A DNA stretch of 56,816 bases, counting the filler, from Perkinsus olseni (lineage: Eukaryota), in NCBI GenBank assembly GCA_013115125.1. It is 3 parts of 3 records of this genome, joined end to end, with 100 filler letters (N's around TTAATTAATTAA, not from the genome) between each part and the next. Parts side by side here need not be neighbours in the genome. Positions count along the whole stretch, not along the records: positions 38,033 to 56,816 come from JABANN010000609.1; 2 more parts are not named here. One strand, given 5' to 3'. The position numbers were made by a program, and so were the translations under genes. Shown here in pieces: positions 50,700 through 56,816 of the stretch (positions within the stretch are counted from its first letter, which is position 1; each line of letters begins with the position of its first letter). The notes under the pieces were generated by a model. The model was given only the letters and a program-made list of their open reading frames with translations. It did no database searches and was not told where the DNA came from.

Positions 50700-51278
50700 T
50701 AGTCCTCCGTCAAAGTCGTAACCATTTTTGTGATAATTTGTATTCAGCTTGAAGCCTGATGTGTTTCTTTCTTAATCACGATGGAGGGACGCGGTCGCGG
50801 AGGGATTTGATATCTGGACTGGTTCGGCTTGCCTCCACCTCTGCCTGCACCTCAATGATGAGGTGGTCCTCACGAGGTATAGGGTAGCACCCCCAGACAT
50901 CCCTAAAGTTTTTCGGTGACGCGATTAAAGCGCCAGAAACGCATCGCCTTGACTTGCTTCAGTAGACAGTAAATTTCTATAGTACCGCCGCTGTACGCTA
51001 CCGGACACACTGCGTCATCTCGGTGTGTCCGGTAGCGTGTGAGGAGCGTGTGAGCGATGACTAAGCCTCTCACGGAGGAAGGTGAGCGTCTTCTCGGTCA
51101 CAGATTCCGCAGAATCATCAGCCCTCATTGGCCTTGAGTCACGCTGTGAAGCTTCCGTTAGAGCTATTTTATCTCTCGATGGGGTTGTCGATTGGGCGCT
51201 CGGATGGTACGTGTTGTCTGCGTTGCTGACGGAGAATCAACAGCGGTTTTCCCAGGACAGTCTGATTCTTTTCTGCCG

Positions 51279-53127
51279 ATGATGGTGTCCACGCCCCGGC
51301 AGCTCATAGGCGGTCGGTCGTGCCTCATCTCTATTGTGAATGTACGGTCGCTTGAAACACCGTGGTTGCATCTGGGCGGTCGTCGGTGGTTTGCGAAGCC
51401 GAAACAGAGGAAGCAGAAGAAGATAATCCCGACAGCGGAGCATTTGGCGACGAAAGGCCTCCCACCGCTGCGACTGGAGGACCGAATTGGCAACCCGCAG
51501 AGCCCTTATGAGATCTCTAAGAATATCAGGCAGCATATATCGAGGCTGACGAAACAGGACAGGAATCAAGTAGGGAGATGTGTTATGAGGTTAGCCGAAG
51601 GTGGTGGGCTCAATAGCGGTCGTTATGCTATTGGTTGTCACTAAATTGATTGAGTAGTGTGAATCATCAGTGAATTCTAATTTATGATTTTCATACAGGA
51701 ATTTTCTAATGATATATAGGGATTGAAAATGGTTTGATCCAGAGTATGTTGATACCTTCACCTATATGAATAGGTGGAATTATGGTAGAACGTTGGAATG
51801 GTACGGCGTGATGGTCAAACCCCCCCTTGTGGAATGACGACATCGATGCATGTGGGGGCTACTGCAGTGCGAGGGTTTGCTTAGTAGTTGGCTAGCCGGC
51901 AGTGCCTTCAGCAGAGCAGGGAGATAAGGAGTCGTTAGGGCAGGCGGGAAGACAGAAAGCAATGAACTGTTGACCATCTCCATCAGATACGCCGTAAGAA
52001 GGACTTCCGTCGCTACACGCTCCATCGGATGTATGAGTTTGCTGGTCTCACTCACACTACTCCGACTTCGCGTGAATTTGAAGAGGAGAAAGCTGGCATG
52101 TAAGGATGGTCAATTACCATTGGTGGCCAGTGCGGTCGTCGAGCGGTTCCGGTTCGATACTATCGAGCTAGAGCTGTTCGACGACCGACCTGCCGCGATT
52201 GAAGGGCTAGCAATGTACTTCCTTTGATGGTGGAACATTCTTCGTGCGGCTTGGATACTGTTAATGACGACTGGCGACGACCCGGCACTCGTCTCTTCCT
52301 TCAAGAAAAGGCGTGGCTGTTATCAACCCGAGAGAGAGTCGTGGAGTTCTTCTGGGAAGTGTTTCACCTTCCTCTTCTGCTTCTGCTTCTGCTGCTGTTC
52401 AGAGATCAATCCCAATTCGTCACGGGTCTGACGGCACTGCAGCACGGCAGCCATCTGCCTAGGAGTCCGACTGAGGACCATAGATTCCGCTTCCCTCATA
52501 CCATACATTACAAGGCGTAGGCAGTCTACCCTCCATCCGACCGCTGTGTCTGATCGATTTTAGATGGTGGGGCCCTCCGACGGTGGAGAGGAACCCGAAT
52601 CGTTACGAGGGTTCGATGGAAGGGGTGACTGCTTGCTTTAAGGCGACTGATGTTGCTGACAGAAGTCATGCGGATACCATGGCAGAAGTGGTAGGGCCGA
52701 AGCGATACGATAAGGAGTCGGGAGTTATAGCGGTGCGGGCGGACACTTTCGATAACCGCAACCAGGTGAGTGACGGCACCGTCGTCGTTGTGGTGAACCG
52801 TATATCAATTCTGTTCGGACCGTGGCATCCGCTAGTGCGTGTGGGCGTTGCTCCTGTCAAGTCAACGGAGGTTATATCGCTGATCATTTCCATCAGCATC
52901 CTTTGGAGTGGAGAATCCCGCTTCAGAACGCTGCATATCTGGGAGATCTGGTGGAGCTGCTGGTCAGAGAATGCGGATCGGCATCACCTCGAGGAGATGA
53001 GGGTGATACTGTCGCGTCGACCACTACGGTGGAGGCCGCTGCCCCACCCCCGCTGACCGCGCCGATAAGGCGTGGGGGCCGTGGAAGGAGGAGGAGGCGG
53101 GGCACGCTGGAGCTCAGCAGGGCATGA
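51279..53127 (+). CDS. Mitochondrial small ribosomal subunit protein mS35-like (multi-exon)
   Basis: Basic presequence-like N-terminus ending GRRWFAK; C-terminal VVGPKRYDKESGVIAVRADTFDNRNQ/NAAYLGDLVELLVRE resembles the mS35/Rsm24 conserved domain. Confidence 0.65.
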
Positions 53128-54420
53128 CTTGCGTCGTTGTGATGTTTCTGATATACGTTGGTTGTCTAGTTGCGGTTTTTATCGTCGATCACCGCATACA
53201 GCAGCCCTGCTCTCCGACTGTGCCCTTGCCAGTGGATTTGTTTTCCTCCCTGGGTCATGTCCCGTCCGCCGGCGTGCCTGGTGGTGAGGGGGTTCCTGCG
53301 ACCGAGTGGGTTGAGGCTGTCTGATGCAACAACCGGAGGGAATGCAGATATACTCGCCGCTTTGGAAAGAGTTCGACGGCAACGGCTAAAAGGAGAGGAT
53401 GGCAATAGTGGTGAGATCGATATTTGTTCTTAGCGGAAATAAATCAATCGACCACGAGGAATACGCTGGCGTTTGATCTCTTGTTTCATCCTGCGTCGCT
53501 CCGCGCCTAACATAGGTGGGTCCAGATACTCTGAAAGCTGCCCGTTCTCGGAGCCACCAGTCGTCGGGCAGGGCACAGAGTCGAACACAACGGCACCACG
53601 GGAACGGTAGTGGACGGACGTTGGCACCGGAGTACAGCGAATGGCTGAAGGTCATAACAGTGATCGTGATGAGCGGGGATGCTGATGAGGGCTTCCTCAG
53701 GCTGCTGTCCAGCACCTTCCGAAGCCGCAGACCGCCGAGAGTATGTGGGAACACTACAAGTCATCGTTCGGGGTTAGACAAACTCAGCAAAGGCCCGGCG
53801 CCGACCAGATCGAGTGAGGGGGGCGGCTGATACCATTGCTCATCCATCCTGCTGGAGCGGATCACTTTCATTCCCTCAGTCCGTCCCTCCCAGTTGGTAG
53901 TAGAGTTCCTGAAGGCCGAGAGCTTGAACTGCAGGAGAAGAGGTGGGCTTCGAGCTCGTCCTGAAGAGACGTTACCTTCGACTTTGGCAGGGCCTTCATA
54001 GGAGAGTACAATCGTTACATGGCGCAGTTCTGGGCGGGCCGTCGACGAGGACGGATGACCAAGAGGCGGCAGAAAATGGCGAAGAAGATGCAAACGACGG
54101 AGAACGAGGGCTACGAGGAGCCGGAGCCCACTTACGTTGCAGCCCACTGGCGATTTAAGGATGGTGTGGTAAAGTCTTTGGTGGAGGACGTGTTCAAAGC
54201 GGAGATGTACTCGGAGGTCTATCGGCACGCCAGTGATAGTCTGGGTGCCGATGAAGTACCTCATGATAGCGACAGATTCGTGGACGTATTGAAGCAGGCC
54301 TTCAGGAAGCATGTGACCAGCGAGGTGGGTGGGGTGATGATGACAGGCTGTCGTCATGGACTGCGGGAGGGTCGTGGAAGTCTTGAGGTGTTTCGGAGAA
54401 GCAGAGCGCTGTTTGAATAG
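53124..54420 (+). CDS. Hypothetical protein (exon structure unresolved)
   Basis: Protein-like segments EYSEWLKVITVIV...FLRLL and YVAAHWRFKDGVVKSLVEDVFKAEMYSEVY...; may join the downstream gene. Confidence 0.35.
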
Positions 54421-54527
54421 ATGGTGAATGCTAGAGTGCTTGAGGAGCGACCGTTGTCATCACAACCGGCTTTTATTATTTTGCTCGTGGGTTATTTTCA
54501 CGTGACGATTGACGCTTCTCGAGGATG

Positions 54528-55906
54528 AGGACGATTTGCCCCGACGCGCCTCGTATGCCTGGCCGGGGTCGCTGCCCCTTCACTGAGGGATGTTGAATAC
54601 GTCACCGCTTCCTCCTTCCTCTGTCCGCTTTCGCAGGCCCGCCCTGTACTCACCAATGAGCTGTCGGACTACGAGGCTCCGTATATGATGAAGCGACAGA
54701 CGCGGGAGCGGCTGCTGAGAGACGAGTGCGCCAGGAACCAGCTTGATGAGAGCATGATCGATTACACGCTGGACACTAGTGATGGTAGTAGGGATGGGGT
54801 ACGAGGGGGCAGCGAACTTGGGTGGCTTCAGATTTGCTAAGGCTCCGCAGCAAGGCCCCTATGCCTCCCGACCTCCTCGAACCCCTTATATCATTTAGAG
54901 GGATCACCGAGTGGGCTCATGACCCTAGGGACAGACTGAGGCAGAAGCTGGATAGAGTCACCGATGTGCGGATGCCTGCTGGCCAATTCTTAGCGGAGCG
55001 AAGCATTCATTTTCAGGTCCTCGACTGGATTAAGAAGACCAAGGGTGGCATCTTGAAGTAGATCTGTACTTGTGCAGCGCTCCCCATCTTGCCCTTTCAG
55101 GACGGCGGCAGGCTACCCGGAGTTTCGAGCGCCCCAGCCCCAGTGGAGATACTTCCACCCCTTCAATAACCATTTCGGCTTCACTCCTGCTGCGCAGCCT
55201 CGGGGTGTTCTGGGCGGCACCAAATTCGGTCGCGATATTGATCCTGAGGAACGCATGATGAGGTTAGTGCAACTGGATGACAGATGCCGGAATCGAACCT
55301 GCGACCTCTGCGAGGTACCCCACTCTGCAGCGAGTTGCTCATAGTCTCTCCAAAGACCCCGTGTACCGTCGTCTGACTCGTCATCAGATTAACGTTTTAG
55401 AGCGGGCCTACGGGTGGAAGCACTCCAGCCAGACGCAGGCTATCAACACTCTCAAGGAGGTGTTGGATGACCTTCCCCCTCACGCACACTACAAGGCCCG
55501 ACTCGACTGGGCACTACCGATTCAGAGGCACTAGAACGCCCGCCGATCCCTCGTGAAAATCTCGGATTTTTGCAGATACCAGCGAGGTGCTGGTCGGAAG
55601 TTCGCTGCTGGGAAGTCGTTCTCTCGGCGGGTCCTCATGAATTGGCCAGGCAAAATCAAATGGGGTTTGTGAGTGTCATTACCGATGGTGTGTAGTCGAC
55701 GGAGCGTCTTTGCGGTCAGTCACTTTAACTCATTGAGAGCTACCACGCCGATGCATGAAAGGAGGGCAGCGAGGATACAGAAGAGACGTGAGAATTGGTC
55801 GAAGGCGATGACTCGGGGTGTGCCTCGGTCACTTCAACGGTGGCGAGAGTATGAATCGAAGAAGCTGAGTGGGAGACGGAAGTGGAATCGGCTTCTGTAT
55901 ATGTGA
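54528..55906 (+). CDS. Basic hypothetical protein, possibly mitochondrial RNA-binding (multi-exon, start not located)
   Basis: Exons ARPVLTNELSDYEAPY, DLLRLRSKAP, QWRYFHPFNNHFG...PEERMMR, RVAHSLSKDP...ALPIQR, HFNSLR...KWNRLLYM-stop joined by short introns. Confidence 0.6.
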
Positions 55907-56816
55907 TTCGACAAGCATGTCTCACAAAGGGTATGTTTCTGGGAAGGCCCGAAAGTCGTTTTAAGTATCAAACCAAAGTGGAAGGGATTTCGTCCGAGTC
56001 AGGAGTAGTCGAGAGACCGTCGGCCGCCTCCGGGTCCACTCTAGTAGGGGTATGCTGGTGGGCGCGGTCTCGGGCTTAGTGAAAACACAGCACGTCTATA
56101 ACAAAAGGTGGCGTAATGACTTAGCACGTGGTGACTTCCCTATCCTGTTTGGCGCTGAAGACTAGCTCAGAGTGCTGACAGGTCGGACTGGAGGTGGGGA
56201 CGATGATTCGGGTTTCTGAGAAATCCAACAACCAGGTTGTCGCGCGGCTCAAGTTTCTTCAAGCGATGAGCGCACCGAATGATAACACAAAAGGTGGTGC
56301 CCCGCTAACGGTAGGCCGGTGCTGCAGTATCGAGGGCGTCGACTGCCAATGCGTACATCACACGGGCACAAGCCGACCATACTACTCGTAGTCGAGAGAG
56401 TAAACTCAGACCGGACTGGCCCCTCTGAGTGCTTCGTCTCCGTTGATTCAACCGAGATGGATGGCAACTCGTAGTGATGTTCACCGCCATCCTCGATACA
56501 TCCCATCACTGACGTCTATTCTCTTCTCGCAGCCGAGCCAGACAGCACGTATCCATTTCGACGATGGACGCCGGACTGTCGAAGAGGGAACTGGCCCTAA
56601 CCGATGCGGATAATTATCTCGCCATAACCGCGTCCATCTTCAAGATGGGTTCCTCACCTCACCTCGGTAGGCGATGTATGATCAATTCGAATCCTTACTC
56701 TCGAAACCAAGGTCGGGCATACAGTTCAAAACCAACTAAGCCGGCGATAACTTCTGGACCTCGAACTGGCACACACCGGATGTGTATCCACACTATTTGC
56801 CAACTGTGATATCGAA

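Overview
Compact, intron-rich eukaryotic genomic DNA. Short (~45-60 nt) GT-AG introns, a RAP-domain gene and the secreted-protein type suggest a myzozoan alveolate, most likely Perkinsus (inference from sequence style, not verified). Two N-gaps carry an artificial TTAATTAATTAA spacer. Exon-stitched genes: an SDR/carbonyl reductase, POC1, RPL26, a tRNA m3C methyltransferase, a ~10 kb DNA2 nuclease-helicase truncated at a gap, a 5'-partial RAP-domain protein, a U-box protein, GnT-I (MGAT1), a secreted Cys/Thr-rich protein, a poly-Asn protein, a tetraspanin-like protein, an OM47-like beta-barrel, NOC3, PABP, SEH1, an mS35-like protein and several hypotheticals. Transposon relics include Tc1/Tc3, a PIF1-like fragment, MITE-like segments and a possible integrase. 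Most notable: (1) all three intact tRNA genes I found (Arg-CCT, Val-CAC, Asp-GTC) lie inside introns of protein genes on the opposite strand, plus two tRNA 3'-half relics; (2) a strong excess of perfect palindromes with a one-base centre in non-coding DNA; (3) three dispersed non-coding motifs (AATTTCGTGGCGC, GTATCTTAGGTTGA, and a 20-bp CACGTG palindrome); (4) a group of similar GCAAG-rich short introns. Exon boundaries are hand-derived and family calls rest on remembered motifs, not database searches.
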